A DNA stretch of 64,000 nucleotides from assembly GCA_050697555.1 (NCBI GenBank), contig JBOHAD010000002.1:10464-74463 (forward strand), read 5' to 3'. This document shows positions 26,996 through 36,004 of the stretch, piece by piece; the stretch's first letter is position 1, and the number at the start of each line of letters is the position of its first letter. The DNA comes from Gaiellaceae bacterium (GTDB lineage Bacteria > Actinomycetota > Thermoleophilia > Gaiellales > Gaiellaceae). The notes beneath the pieces were generated by a model. It did no database searches, was not told the DNA's origin, and was given only the letters and a program-made list of their open reading frames with translations. The translations under genes were made by a program, and so were the position numbers.

Positions 26996-28129
26996 TTGCC
27001 CGGGGAGCCAGGGGCATCATCCGTTCTCAGCCGCCGGGCCCTGAACCGGGCGACCCTCGAGCGGCAGCTGCTGCTCCGTCGCTCGGAGCTGTCGGCCCTC
27101 GACGTCGTCGAGCACCTCGTCGGCATGCAGGCCCAGGTGCCCCTGAATCCGTACACGGCGCTGTGGTCGCGGCTCCAGCGGTTCCGGCCCGACGAGCTCG
27201 CGCAGCTGCTCCTGGACCGCAAGGTCGTTCGGATCGTCGTCATGCGGGGGACGCTGCACCTCGTCACCGCCGGCGACTGCCTGGTGCTGCGGCCGCTCGC
27301 ACAGCCCGTGCTCGACCGCGAGCTCACCCGCCATCCGCAGTACGGGCCCGCGCTCCTCGGGGTCGAACTCGACCCGGTCCTGGCCTTCGCCCGGGCGCTG
27401 CTCGCCGAGCGGCCACGCACCGGCGCTGAGCTGCGCGCCGCCATGGAGGAGCGGTTCCCGGAGTACGACGGAGCAGCACTGGCGTACGCCTGTCGCAACC
27501 TGTTGGCCTTCGTCCAGGTCCCGCCGCGGGGCGTGTGGGGCCGCACCGCCCAGGTCGCCTCCACGACCGCCGAATCGTGGCTGGGCCGGCCGCTGGCGAC
27601 CAACCCGTCGATCGACGACGTCGTTCTCCGCTACCTCGCCGCCTTCGGTCCGGCGACGGTGGCCGACGTGGCCACCTGGTCGCGCCTGACGGGGCTGCGG
27701 GAGGTCGTCGACCGGCTCCGGCCCCTGCTACGGACGTTTCGGGACGAGCGCGGCCGCGAGCTGGTCGACCTCCCCAACGCGCCCCGGCCCGACCCCGACA
27801 CGCCGGCCCCGCCTCGCTTCCTGCCCGAGTTCGACAACGTGCTGCTCTCGCACGCCGACCGCAGCCGTTTCGTCTCGGAGGAGCAGCGCGCGCGCCTCCC
27901 CGCCACCGTCGGGCCGGTTCACGGTTCCGTGCTCAACGACGGGTTCCTCTGCGGCACCTGGCGGCTCGAACGCGACGGCGACCCCGGGAGCGCCACGCTG
28001 GTGGTCAGCCACCTGGAGCGCCTGACCAAGCGGGCCACGGCCGCGCTCGCGGCCGAGGGCCGCCGACTTCTTGGCTTCGTGGCCGCCGACGCCGACGCCC
28101 ACGACGTCCGCTTCGTCGCCGTCGACTGA
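26996..28129 (+). CDS. winged-helix DNA-binding domain protein (AlkZ/YcaQ-like DNA glycosylase family)
   Basis: LNRATLERQLLL.R...L..VVEHLVGMQAQVPLNPY.ALWSRL..F....L..LL.DRKVVRIVVMRGTLHLV. The start is uncertain: TTG 26996 is suggested, but the ORF is open from 26822. Confidence 0.8.
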   Translation: MPGEPGASSVLSRRALNRATLERQLLLRRSELSALDVVEHLVGMQAQVPLNPYTALWSRLQRFRPDELAQLLLDRKVVRIVVMRGTLHLVTAGDCLVLRPLAQPVLDRELTRHPQYGPALLGVELDPVLAFARALLAERPRTGAELRAAMEERFPEYDGAALAYACRNLLAFVQVPPRGVWGRTAQVASTTAESWLGRPLATNPSIDDVVLRYLAAFGPATVADVATWSRLTGLREVVDRLRPLLRTFRDERGRELVDLPNAPRPDPDTPAPPRFLPEFDNVLLSHADRSRFVSEEQRARLPATVGPVHGSVLNDGFLCGTWRLERDGDPGSATLVVSHLERLTKRATAALAAEGRRLLGFVAADADAHDVRFVAVD

Positions 28130-28153
28130 CTTCCCGCGTTGGGCGGGGAGCGT

Positions 28154-28633
28154 CTAGGTGCCCGGCTGGGCCGGCGGGCTGCCCGGGAGGTGGAGGAGGT
28201 TCTCGACCGCGCGGACGCCCTTCACGTTGCGGACTCGGGCCTCGAGCTCCGCGACCAGCTCCGGTCGGTCGACCTGACCCCGCAAGAAGACGACGCCTTC
28301 CTCGGCGTTGATGTTGATCTGGCCCTTGGGGACGTCACGGTCGCGGAAGAGGATGCTCTCGACTTTGTGCGCGAGCGTCACGTCGTCGGGGTCCTCCCTG
28401 CTGTGCGGTAGCGCGCGGGCGACGCGTCTCGCACGGCCAAGGGTCTCGGCGGACGCGTGGCGCGCGAAGCGGCGGGCCCGGTTCTCGCCACGGCGGGCGA
28501 GCTTGAGCCCGCGGTCGCGCGTGGTGTGCCGGCGCCGCCTCCCGCTCGAGGGATCGAGGAAGTGCGCGAGGGCCGCTCCGACAGCCGCCGAGGCGGCGAG
28601 GAGGAGGGTCAGTGGGCGCGCGGAGGGACGCAT
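28154..28633 (-). CDS. BON domain-containing membrane protein
   Basis: N-terminal TM segment. C-terminal ININAEEGVVFLRGQVDRPELVAELEARVRNVKGVRAVENLL. Confidence 0.85.
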   Translation of the reverse strand: MRPSARPLTLLLAASAAVGAALAHFLDPSSGRRRRHTTRDRGLKLARRGENRARRFARHASAETLGRARRVARALPHSREDPDDVTLAHKVESILFRDRDVPKGQININAEEGVVFLRGQVDRPELVAELEARVRNVKGVRAVENLLHLPGSPPAQPGT

Positions 28634-28686
28634 GCGGCGGATGCCGCGACCCTACCATCCGTCGGGGCCGAGTCAATGGGCGCCTG

Positions 28687-29199
28687 TCAGGCCGTGCGCC
28701 TGCGCGCCGCGGGGCCCTCGAGGAGCTTGAAGCGGCCCTCCAGGGCGAGCAGCTTGCGGTCCTTGAGGCGCTTGGTGATGAGCTCGCAGAGGCGCTCGCG
28801 CGCGGCGGCCGTCTCCCTGCTGGCCTGCTCCTCTTCCCGGTGTCGCAGATAGGCGTTCGCGAGGAAGCCGATCTGGATGACGTCGCCGCGCGCGGCGCGA
28901 ATCGCCTTCTTCGCCTCGTCGAGTGTGAGGGAGACCTCTGCCGGCAGCTCCACGGGAAGGTCCGGCGCTACCTCTTCGCCAGGTGCATAGGGGCGCGCGT
29001 ACTCACTCGCAGGGTGCCTGGGACGCGGTCCCGCGGGCGCCGTCTGCTCGTCCTCGGGCGCCGTCTGCGCGTCCTCGGGCGCCGCCGGAGGGACCGGCGG
29101 CCGGGTCGGCTCAGACTCCTCCGTTGTCGGTTCTTCGGTTGCCGGTACTTCGCCCGCATTCTCGACGCGCCGGCGCCACGGCCACAGTCGCAGCTTCAT
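28687..29199 (-). CDS. hypothetical protein (Pro/Glu/Thr-rich N-terminus, helical C-terminus)
   Basis: 170-aa ORF with a protein-like C-terminal half. No family recognised. Confidence 0.55.
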   Translation of the reverse strand: MKLRLWPWRRRVENAGEVPATEEPTTEESEPTRPPVPPAAPEDAQTAPEDEQTAPAGPRPRHPASEYARPYAPGEEVAPDLPVELPAEVSLTLDEAKKAIRAARGDVIQIGFLANAYLRHREEEQASRETAAARERLCELITKRLKDRKLLALEGRFKLLEGPAARRRTA

Positions 29200-29319
29200 G
29201 CGCTCCTTCTACCGCAGGTGCACGATCTCCGTCGCGGGTCGGGTGATCGAGTTTAGGGCCCCGGCGTCTCGAGGCCGAGTAGAGAACCTCGAGTCTGCCA
29301 GACCGGCGCCGTTGCGCGT

Positions 29320-29862
29320 TCAGTCTCCGCGCTCTTCCTTGGCGTCGAGCACCTCGGCGAGCATGAACGGGGTCCCGTCGGGGTCGTAGAAGGTAGAGGG
29401 CTTGACCTGACCTTCGATCTCGTGGGTGTCGCCGTCGAACTTCACGCCTCGCGACTCCATGTGCAGGCGGGCGGCGTCGATGTCGGAGACGCCGAAGGTG
29501 GGCGTCGTCCCGCCCGGCTTGACCTCCTCGACTTGGCCGAGTCCGAGGCTGAGCCCCTCGACGCTCGTCGCCAGCTCGCACCAGCCGTAGTCGTCCATCA
29601 GGTAGGTCGGCTCGAACCCGAGCATCTCGCCCCACCAGTCGATCGAGCGGTGGAGGTCGGAGACGTTCACGGAGATGACGACGTTCCGGGTGCGCTCGAA
29701 CGGCAGCGCCCTGCTCGTCGCATCACTGTTGGGCGCGCCCGTGCTGGCCGAGCTGGATCGTTCGAGGGGAAGCCGCTTCGTCACCCTCTCGAGCCGGCTC
29801 GCGCTGAGCCGGGAGTCGCTGCGCCGCACCCTGACGGCGCTGATCGACGCCGGACTGGTCAT
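29320..29862 (-). CDS. VOC (glyoxalase) family protein, N-terminal boundary unresolved
   Basis: The VOC domain begins about 29682 (VVISVNVSDLHRSIDWWGEMLGFEP...). No ATG/GTG/TTG lies near it, and the only Met (29862) overlaps the divergent HxlR ORF. Confidence 0.7.
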   Translation of the reverse strand: MTSPASISAVRVRRSDSRLSASRLERVTKRLPLERSSSASTGAPNSDATSRALPFERTRNVVISVNVSDLHRSIDWWGEMLGFEPTYLMDDYGWCELATSVEGLSLGLGQVEEVKPGGTTPTFGVSDIDAARLHMESRGVKFDGDTHEIEGQVKPSTFYDPDGTPFMLAEVLDAKEERGD

Positions 29863-30229
29863 GAAGAACCCAGGCTACGGCCACCCACTCCGGCCGGAGT
29901 ACATCCTGACCGAGCGCGGGCGCGCCCTCGCGCCCGCCTGCGCGCGTTTGCTCGCAGCGCTCGCGCGGCTGGGCGCGAACGAGGTCGGCCTCAAGAAGTG
30001 GTCGATGCCGGCCGTGCTCGCGCTTGCCGCCGGGGAGTGCCGCTTCTCCGAGTTGCGCAAGCGGCTCCCCGAGGTCACGCCGCGAGCGCTAACACTCGCG
30101 CTCAAGGACCTCGACGCCGTCGGCCTCGTCGAGCGCCAGGTGACCGGCGACTACCCGCCCGCCACGATCTACCGGCTCAGACGCAGCGCGGAACCGCTGG
30201 CCCGCATCCTCTCCGGGCTCGCCGCCTAG
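29675..30229 (+). CDS. HxlR-type winged-helix transcriptional regulator (two wHTH-like halves)
   Basis: KKWSMPAVLALAAGECRFSELRKRLPEVTPRALTLALKDLDAVGLVERQV is classic HxlR. The start is uncertain because of overlap with 29320..29862. Confidence 0.75.
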   Translation: MTTFRVRSNGSALLVASLLGAPVLAELDRSRGSRFVTLSSRLALSRESLRRTLTALIDAGLVMKNPGYGHPLRPEYILTERGRALAPACARLLAALARLGANEVGLKKWSMPAVLALAAGECRFSELRKRLPEVTPRALTLALKDLDAVGLVERQVTGDYPPATIYRLRRSAEPLARILSGLAA

Positions 30230-30296
30230 AACCCGCGCCAGAGCCCGGGAGCGTCGCTAACACGCATGAAGAGCGGGATTCCAGATGACTAGAGAG

Positions 30297-30343
30297 GATG
30301 GCCCCGGGAGGAGTCGAAGCTGGGCACGCGGATTCGAAGCCCG
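30297..30343 (-). repeat. degenerate copy of the tRNA-Arg(TCG) 3' half (old att site)
   Basis: gatggccccgggaggagtcgaaGctGGgcacgcggattcgaagCccg differs at 4 positions from the repeat at 35581..35627 and 59656..59702. The T-stem no longer pairs. Confidence 0.6.
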
Positions 30344-30390
30344 AGGACCGAAACCCGATTTGCAGGGGGAAACTGCTCGATGTGAAGGCG

Positions 30391-30412
30391 GCGCGCCAGT
30401 GTGCGCGCCATT
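30391..30412. repeat. GCGCGCCAGT / GCGCGCCATT direct repeats
   Basis: Same 10-mer as at 5800..5821 and 22601..22631, located about 50 nt inside the islet boundary. Confidence 0.45.
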
Positions 30413-30732
30413 CCCGCGTAGGGCGCTGAGTGACGCAATCACTGCGGCCCGATGTCCTCGTCACTATCTACGGGCTCGACCAGCCGCAGGTCGCCTCTCC
30501 GCCGACTGGTCGACCTCAGCGGCTCCCGTTCCGCGCACCACGAGATTGCCGCGGTTTTCGAGACCGGACTGAAAGGGCCGATTTGCAGCGGGTTATGACC
30601 TGGTTCGCCAGTAAGTTCTAGCACGCAGCTCCTCGAACGCATGGAGATAAGTCGAGTGCGACACTCGACGCCAAGCGCGGGCGGAGGCGGGCGAGTCCTC
30701 GGCTCTTGAAACCAAGGCTGTAGTCGCTTACC

Positions 30733-31095
30733 TTGACAGCTGTAGTCAGCAGAGGACGGACGTTGGACCGCAGTCCCAACGCGCTTGTGAAGGTCGATCT
30801 CGGCGGGAACCGTTTCGTCGCCGTCGAGGCGCACAACGTCAGCCCGGAGAGGCCGGTCGGGATCCGAGACGTTCTCCCGTTCGAGGGACTCTCGGACTCC
30901 ATCGAAGCGATCGCAGAGCGCATGACGGCGGCCTTCGATCGCGTGAAACCCGACCGGGCTGCAGTCGAGTTCGGCGTCGACGTCGGCGTGGAGTCCGGCG
31001 GGCTGACTGCGCTGATCGTGAAGGGGACCGGCACCGCCACGATCAAGGTGACGCTGGAGTGGCAGAACAGCAAGGCGACCGAGGATGAAGGATGA
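30733..31095 (+). CDS. trypsin-co-occurring domain 2 (trypco2 / CU044_2847-like) small protein
   Basis: VKVDLGGNRFVAVEA...AAVEFGVDVGVESGGLTALIVKGTGTATIKVTLEW matches the remembered family pattern (V.FG.K...E.G..IAK...E....V.L.W). The start may be GTG 30787. Its stop overlaps the next start (ATGA). Confidence 0.65.
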   Translation: MTAVVSRGRTLDRSPNALVKVDLGGNRFVAVEAHNVSPERPVGIRDVLPFEGLSDSIEAIAERMTAAFDRVKPDRAAVEFGVDVGVESGGLTALIVKGTGTATIKVTLEWQNSKATEDEG

Positions 31096-32945
31096 TGAGC
31101 ACGGCCGGAAACGGCGCCGGCCTGATCACCGACCGCGAGTTGCGCGTGTGCACGGTTCGCATCGATGTCGCCGGCGCGCCCAAGGGGACTGGCTTCTTCG
31201 TCGCTCCCGGCCACGTCGTGACGTGTGAGCATGTGCTCGGAGGTGCGACCGAGGGCATCCAGATCTCGGATGTCGACGGCGCCGAGTACTCGCTCGTCAA
31301 GGTCGCGGATGTCTCCAAGGACGCCGACCTCGCCGTCCTTCAGGTCAAGCCCGCAGCCGAGCACCGCTGCGTGCTGCTCATCGGCGGACAGAACTTCGAG
31401 GATCGCTTCCTCACATTCGGCTACTCCGAGCTCCACCGCGAAGGCGTTCCGAGCCCACTCGTAGCCGAGGGAAACACGGGTGACGAGCGGCTCCTGAAGC
31501 TCGGCCGGGGACAAGTTCAGCCGGGCATGAGCGGCGCGCCCATCCTCAACAGGCGCACAGGCGGAGTGTGCGGCGTCCTCAGCTGGACGCGCAACGAGCA
31601 GACGGACCTCGGTGGATATGCCATCCCGATCGAGCGATTGTGGCTCCTGAGCCCGACCCTCAAGAGGCAAAACGAGGCGTACCACGAGGCGCATCGTGAC
31701 GAGTGGCTCGACAAGCTGCCGATGATCCAGAAATCGGTATTGCTCAACGCGCGCCCGGGAACGCCCTCCACCGCGGGCTTCACGACCTGGTTCGTCGTCT
31801 CGGTCGGGGGTGAGCAGCGCCACTGGCGGGTCAGCGCGACGCTGCACCCGAGCGGCGAGCTTCTTCCTGCCGAGCCGGCGGACGTGCACCTCGTGCTCGA
31901 CCAGGCGGCGCGGCTCTTCCGCGATTGGGCTGCGCGTCCACGTGTCGACCCGACCGGCACAATCCAGTGGCGGTTCAACCAAGGCGAGGCAATCCGCCTG
32001 CTCGGAAGCATCCTCTTCGACGCTGTGCTGCCGGACGAGATCGGGAGGCGCTTCGACGAGCTCTTGGCGGCCGGAGACGAGCGCGTCCAGCTCGCGCTCC
32101 ATTTCGACCGGACGGTCATCCCGACGGAATTCGTCGACATGCCCTGGGAGTACCTCTACCTCGGCGATGAGCGCGGCTTCCGGAGAGACGCGCACGTAGC
32201 GGCCGAGGAGAAGCTCGCGTTCGTGCGCGTCGAGCAGAACGAGTTCCGAGAGCCCGACCGGCCGACCGGGCGCCAGCTGTCCGCGCTGATGGTCCGGGTC
32301 ACGCCGCCTTCGCAGGGCGGCGACTCCGCCGTCGATGACATTTCCGAGCACGCCTGCGACGTCATTCGTGACCTCGCCGGATTCGAGGCCAAGCCGCTGG
32401 TGATGGCGAAGGCCCTGGATCTTAGGGACGAGATCGCGCTCGGCGCGTATGACATCGTCCACTACGTCGGCTTCGGGCGCTACCACGAGGGCGCCGATCG
32501 CCTCGCGCTCGGAGGCTCGCCCGACTATGACTATCGGGAGGCGCAAATGTTCGCGACTCTCCTGCCGGACGCCGAGCAACGACCGCGCGTCGTCGTCCTC
32601 CAACAGATCGACGGGCCGAGCGAGTTCGTCCCCCCGGACCTCTCCGTCTTCGCCTGGAGGCTCCTCGAGCGCGGCGTGGAAGCCGTCGTGGCGTACCAGT
32701 TCCCGCTCGCCGCGCGGTTCAGCAAGGCGTTCAACAAGGAGCTCTACACCCAGCTCGCCGCCGGCGAGTGCCTGGAGAACGCAGTGCAGAAGGCACGCGC
32801 GTTGATCTGGACCATGGAGCCGGACGTCCATGCTTTCCGCGCGCCGGCCGCCTTCGTGACCCGGCCCGGCGAGCTCAGACTTACCGCCCGAGCAGGGCCG
32901 TCCGCTCCGTCGGCCCGGGTCGGCGTGACCGCAGGACACGCGTAA
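31092..32945 (+). CDS. trypsin-like serine protease fused to a CHAT (caspase-fold) domain that appears catalytically degenerate
   Basis: S1 triad contexts are VVTCEHVL, KDADLAVLQV and QPGMSGAPIL. The C-terminal half has CHAT topology (VQLALHFD...DMPWEYLYL; DIVHYVGFGRY; RVVVLQQIDG; GVEAVVAYQFPL...F...LY..LAAGECLENAV). Confidence 0.8.
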   Translation: MMSTAGNGAGLITDRELRVCTVRIDVAGAPKGTGFFVAPGHVVTCEHVLGGATEGIQISDVDGAEYSLVKVADVSKDADLAVLQVKPAAEHRCVLLIGGQNFEDRFLTFGYSELHREGVPSPLVAEGNTGDERLLKLGRGQVQPGMSGAPILNRRTGGVCGVLSWTRNEQTDLGGYAIPIERLWLLSPTLKRQNEAYHEAHRDEWLDKLPMIQKSVLLNARPGTPSTAGFTTWFVVSVGGEQRHWRVSATLHPSGELLPAEPADVHLVLDQAARLFRDWAARPRVDPTGTIQWRFNQGEAIRLLGSILFDAVLPDEIGRRFDELLAAGDERVQLALHFDRTVIPTEFVDMPWEYLYLGDERGFRRDAHVAAEEKLAFVRVEQNEFREPDRPTGRQLSALMVRVTPPSQGGDSAVDDISEHACDVIRDLAGFEAKPLVMAKALDLRDEIALGAYDIVHYVGFGRYHEGADRLALGGSPDYDYREAQMFATLLPDAEQRPRVVVLQQIDGPSEFVPPDLSVFAWRLLERGVEAVVAYQFPLAARFSKAFNKELYTQLAAGECLENAVQKARALIWTMEPDVHAFRAPAAFVTRPGELRLTARAGPSAPSARVGVTAGHA

Positions 32946-32951
32946 CGCGCG

Positions 32952-35507
32952 ATGAGCCACGCGCTCGACACGATCCGGGACGCGGCGCGTTGGCTGGGCC
33001 CGCATCCGACCTCGCCGGAACAGGAGCTCAACGACATCCGCGACCGCTGGCGCGCCTCCTTCGCAGACGTCGCGCAGGATGCGCACCGGCTGGCCGCGCT
33101 CGTCGACGAAGCGTTGGCGTCCGCAAGCTCCGTGGAATCGTTCGACGCCGAGCGCACTGGCTTCGAAGAGCTGGCAACGGCAGGGAAGCAGGCCGTAGGG
33201 CGGATCCGCTCCGTCATCGACCACATCGACCGGCTGCGCGACGAGTGGAGGGCCGTGCACCGCTTTACGCCCGAGGCGCTCGAGGCCCTGAAGCAGGAGC
33301 TCGACGCGAGGCTCGCCGACTCGAGCGGTGGCGGCGCTCGGGCCTGGCTGAGCGAGCTCCTCGACGCGGCGGACGCCGGCGAGGAAGAGGCGGCAGCGGC
33401 GATCGCGACGGCCGATCTGCCCTGGCCTGAAGATCTTCGCCCGGGCGCAGCGCGGCTGGCGGAGGCGTTTCGGGACTGGCGTGACGGCGGGCCGCCGCCT
33501 GCCCTCGAGCCGATCGAGGAGGTCGCGGAAGGGGCGCTCGCGGGATGGCAGGAGTTGCTGACGCGCGACCTTCGGAGTCGAGCGCATCGATTCGCGGCCT
33601 GGACCGTGCTTCGAGGCGAAGGCGATTCAGCCCGGGCGGTCGCCCACATGGACACTGCGGTCAAGCTTTATCCCTATGCGGGTCGGATGCACGCGGAGCG
33701 CGCCGCGTTCCGCCTGTTCGTCGGCGACTTCGAGCGGGCTGCGACCGACGCTCAGCACGCGATCGAGATGACGCCGCAGGAGCCGTTCGGCTACCTGATG
33801 CTCGGCATCTGGGCCGAGCTGACGGGCAAGTTCGCCACGGCCGATGACCTCTACCGGCGTGGGTTCAGCCGCATGGCAACCGCCGCCGTGGCGCACGTCC
33901 ACAATCGCTCGGCGCTCATTGACCCGCCGGGACGGCTCCTAAAGATGGCGGCCGCCGTGTTGCTCGAGAGCGGTCGCCCCGAGCAGGCTCTCGAGCTCGC
34001 GGACGAAGCGCTGCTGAGCGGCGTCCGCGGCGTGGAAGCGCACCCCGAGGCGGATGCGCACGTGATCCGTCGGAAGGCGCTCGAGCAGCTCCCGGACCGC
34101 CCGCGAAGCCAAGCAGCCGACGCTGCCATCAAGGCCGGCCGGCTGTGCCTCTGGAACGGCGACGTTGATTGCGCGATCGACGAGCTCGATCGCGCGACGA
34201 AGCTCGGCGGGCCTCCGGAGAGCGGCTGGCTCCTCGCGGACGCGCTGCTGACGAAGAGCTACCCGCTCGGCGCGCTGACCCCCGACCAGGAGCTCGTTGC
34301 GCGCGCGCGCTCAATCTGGGAGGCCACGGTCGACGAGACGGGGATCCCGCGTGGGCGTACTGCGTGGGCATACGTCACGAGGGCGATCGTCGCCGATCTC
34401 CAGTCGCAGCGCCCGGACACCGATCGCCGGCGCCCCGGTCTCTTCGAGGCGCTCATGTACGTCGAAAAGGCGATCGTGCATAACTACACCGATGCGCAGC
34501 GGTGGGGCTATGTCGCGCAGTACCTTCGCTACCTCGGGCTCGAGGAGCTGGCCTTCGAGGCGGCGGAGGCCGGGTACGAGCTCGCAGCAGCCGACAGGCA
34601 AGTTCTCGCCGAGCGGCTCCCGCTGCTCGCCAACCGACGCGCGTTCGACGAGGCCGAGGCCGTCGCCGAGCAGCTTGTGGCGATGTACGGCGAGGACCCG
34701 TGGGTGAGCGCCGTCCGCGCGTGGCTCGCGCTCCACCACCGGCGGGACGACGAGCGCACGCTAGCGCTACTCCAGCTCCCGATTACACAGGGCAACGACC
34801 AAGCCTGGTACTGCGAACTGCAAGCCCACGCGTATCTCCTGCGGGACGATGTCGCGGAGGCTCGCGCCGCGTACGGCCGGGTGCTCGAGGTCGAACCGAT
34901 CGACGGCAACACGAAGTGCCGTTTGGCCCGGGCGTCGCTGGCGCTCGGGAAGACCGAGGACGCGCGGGGGTGGCTCGCGAAGGCACGGGACGATTCGACG
35001 ACGCCGCGCCCGAGCTACGTCGTGACGGCCGCGCTGCAGGCTGTTGCTGCCGGCGATTCCGAGGCCGCAGTGCGGAGGCTCGGCGAGGCCGTCCGCCTCG
35101 CGTCGAGTGCCGTGGAGATCGATGACATCCTGTTCGAGACGACGCTCGCGATGCGCGCAACAGCGGCGGACGGAGCCGAAGCTGCGGCCGCACGGGAGCG
35201 CGAGCTCCTCGAGGCTACGAAGGAGACCGTCGCGGAACGGAAGTCAGAGCTCGAGCGGGATCCTCCGACGGCCGACTCGGAACTCGAACGCGCGTTGGCA
35301 GGGCTACCCGAAGGTTCGCTCGATATGCCGGCGATCGCTCTTCTCGCCCTGGCCGGCCGTCGCGACGCAGCCGCCGGTCGCCACGACATCGCCCGAGGGC
35401 GGTATGAGCAGCTGCGCGGCACATGGTTCGAACCCGAGGCGACAATCGCCTTCGAGCGGGAGCTCAAGCGCGTGCGGACGCGCAACGTGTCCATGTCGCG
35501 CCGGTAG
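32952..35507 (+). CDS. large TPR-repeat protein with about 230-aa helical N-terminal region
   Basis: 851 aa. Many 34-aa A/L/Y-rich repeats (for example AERAAFRLFVGDFERAATDAQHAIEMTPQEP). No P-loop seen. Confidence 0.8.
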   Translation: MSHALDTIRDAARWLGPHPTSPEQELNDIRDRWRASFADVAQDAHRLAALVDEALASASSVESFDAERTGFEELATAGKQAVGRIRSVIDHIDRLRDEWRAVHRFTPEALEALKQELDARLADSSGGGARAWLSELLDAADAGEEEAAAAIATADLPWPEDLRPGAARLAEAFRDWRDGGPPPALEPIEEVAEGALAGWQELLTRDLRSRAHRFAAWTVLRGEGDSARAVAHMDTAVKLYPYAGRMHAERAAFRLFVGDFERAATDAQHAIEMTPQEPFGYLMLGIWAELTGKFATADDLYRRGFSRMATAAVAHVHNRSALIDPPGRLLKMAAAVLLESGRPEQALELADEALLSGVRGVEAHPEADAHVIRRKALEQLPDRPRSQAADAAIKAGRLCLWNGDVDCAIDELDRATKLGGPPESGWLLADALLTKSYPLGALTPDQELVARARSIWEATVDETGIPRGRTAWAYVTRAIVADLQSQRPDTDRRRPGLFEALMYVEKAIVHNYTDAQRWGYVAQYLRYLGLEELAFEAAEAGYELAAADRQVLAERLPLLANRRAFDEAEAVAEQLVAMYGEDPWVSAVRAWLALHHRRDDERTLALLQLPITQGNDQAWYCELQAHAYLLRDDVAEARAAYGRVLEVEPIDGNTKCRLARASLALGKTEDARGWLAKARDDSTTPRPSYVVTAALQAVAAGDSEAAVRRLGEAVRLASSAVEIDDILFETTLAMRATAADGAEAAAARERELLEATKETVAERKSELERDPPTADSELERALAGLPEGSLDMPAIALLALAGRRDAAAGRHDIARGRYEQLRGTWFEPEATIAFERELKRVRTRNVSMSRR

Positions 35508-35580
35508 TGCTCGCCTTGGAGCCCCCGGGCCAGTAGACGACGCTGACGTATCAAAATTAGCTCTTTACGGGGAGCTTCGT

Positions 35581-35627
35581 GATGGCCCCGGGAGGAGTCG
35601 AACCTCCGCACGCGGATTCGAAGTCCG
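35581..35627 (-). repeat. attR-type direct repeat: exact 47-bp copy of the tRNA-Arg(TCG) 3' half
   Basis: gatggccccgggaggagtcgaacctccgcacgcggattcgaagtccg is identical to 59656..59702. Confidence 0.85.
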
Positions 35628-35729
35628 TCTGGGCAGGCTGCGGCGAAGCGCGCTTCGCGGAAAGTTCCTGCAAAGAAGTCATTCCAGATTGCAGTGGCTT
35701 GCTTCGAATGGCGCCCTTTGGAGGCAAGC

Positions 35730-35751
35730 CGGTACGCGCACGGTACGCGCA
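35730..35751. repeat. tandem GGTACGCGCAC x2 (candidate integrase arm sites)
   Basis: Perfect 11-mer twice here and once at 59586..59596, just inside the opposite island end. Confidence 0.55.
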
Positions 35752-36004
35752 CCCCTGGGCACGAATCCCTGCAGCGCGCGGAAACCCTGGAGAAGCCAGA
35801 CCCGGCTACACAGGGACGATCGCGTCGGCAGCGAGCTGAATCGCCACCGGCGTGCCGCGCTCGAGCCGCTCAAGGAGCGCGAGGTTTCCCAGACCCGTGA
35901 TTCCTGTCCATGGCCTGAGTCCAGGCCGGACCTTGCGCGGCCGGAGGGGAGCCGAGTTCCGGCTCACCCTCTGGTCGTCGGCTGGCCCAGGAATCGCCAC
36001 GGCC

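Larger units (their letters stand above)
30297..35627. mobile_element. 5.2-kb islet between two tRNA-Arg(TCG)-derived repeats carrying only the trypco2 / S1-CHAT / TPR module
   Basis: Bounded by the degenerate and the perfect att-like repeats. It contains no mobility genes. The three genes are tightly packed (ATGA overlap, then a 6-nt gap). Confidence 0.5.

Noticed and set aside
30618-33587. 989-aa minus-strand ORF
   Set aside because: It is antisense to the trypco2/S1-CHAT/TPR genes. Its translation is Arg/Ala/Pro/Gly-rich with no motifs, a typical high-GC shadow ORF, whereas the plus-strand genes have clear catalytic motifs.
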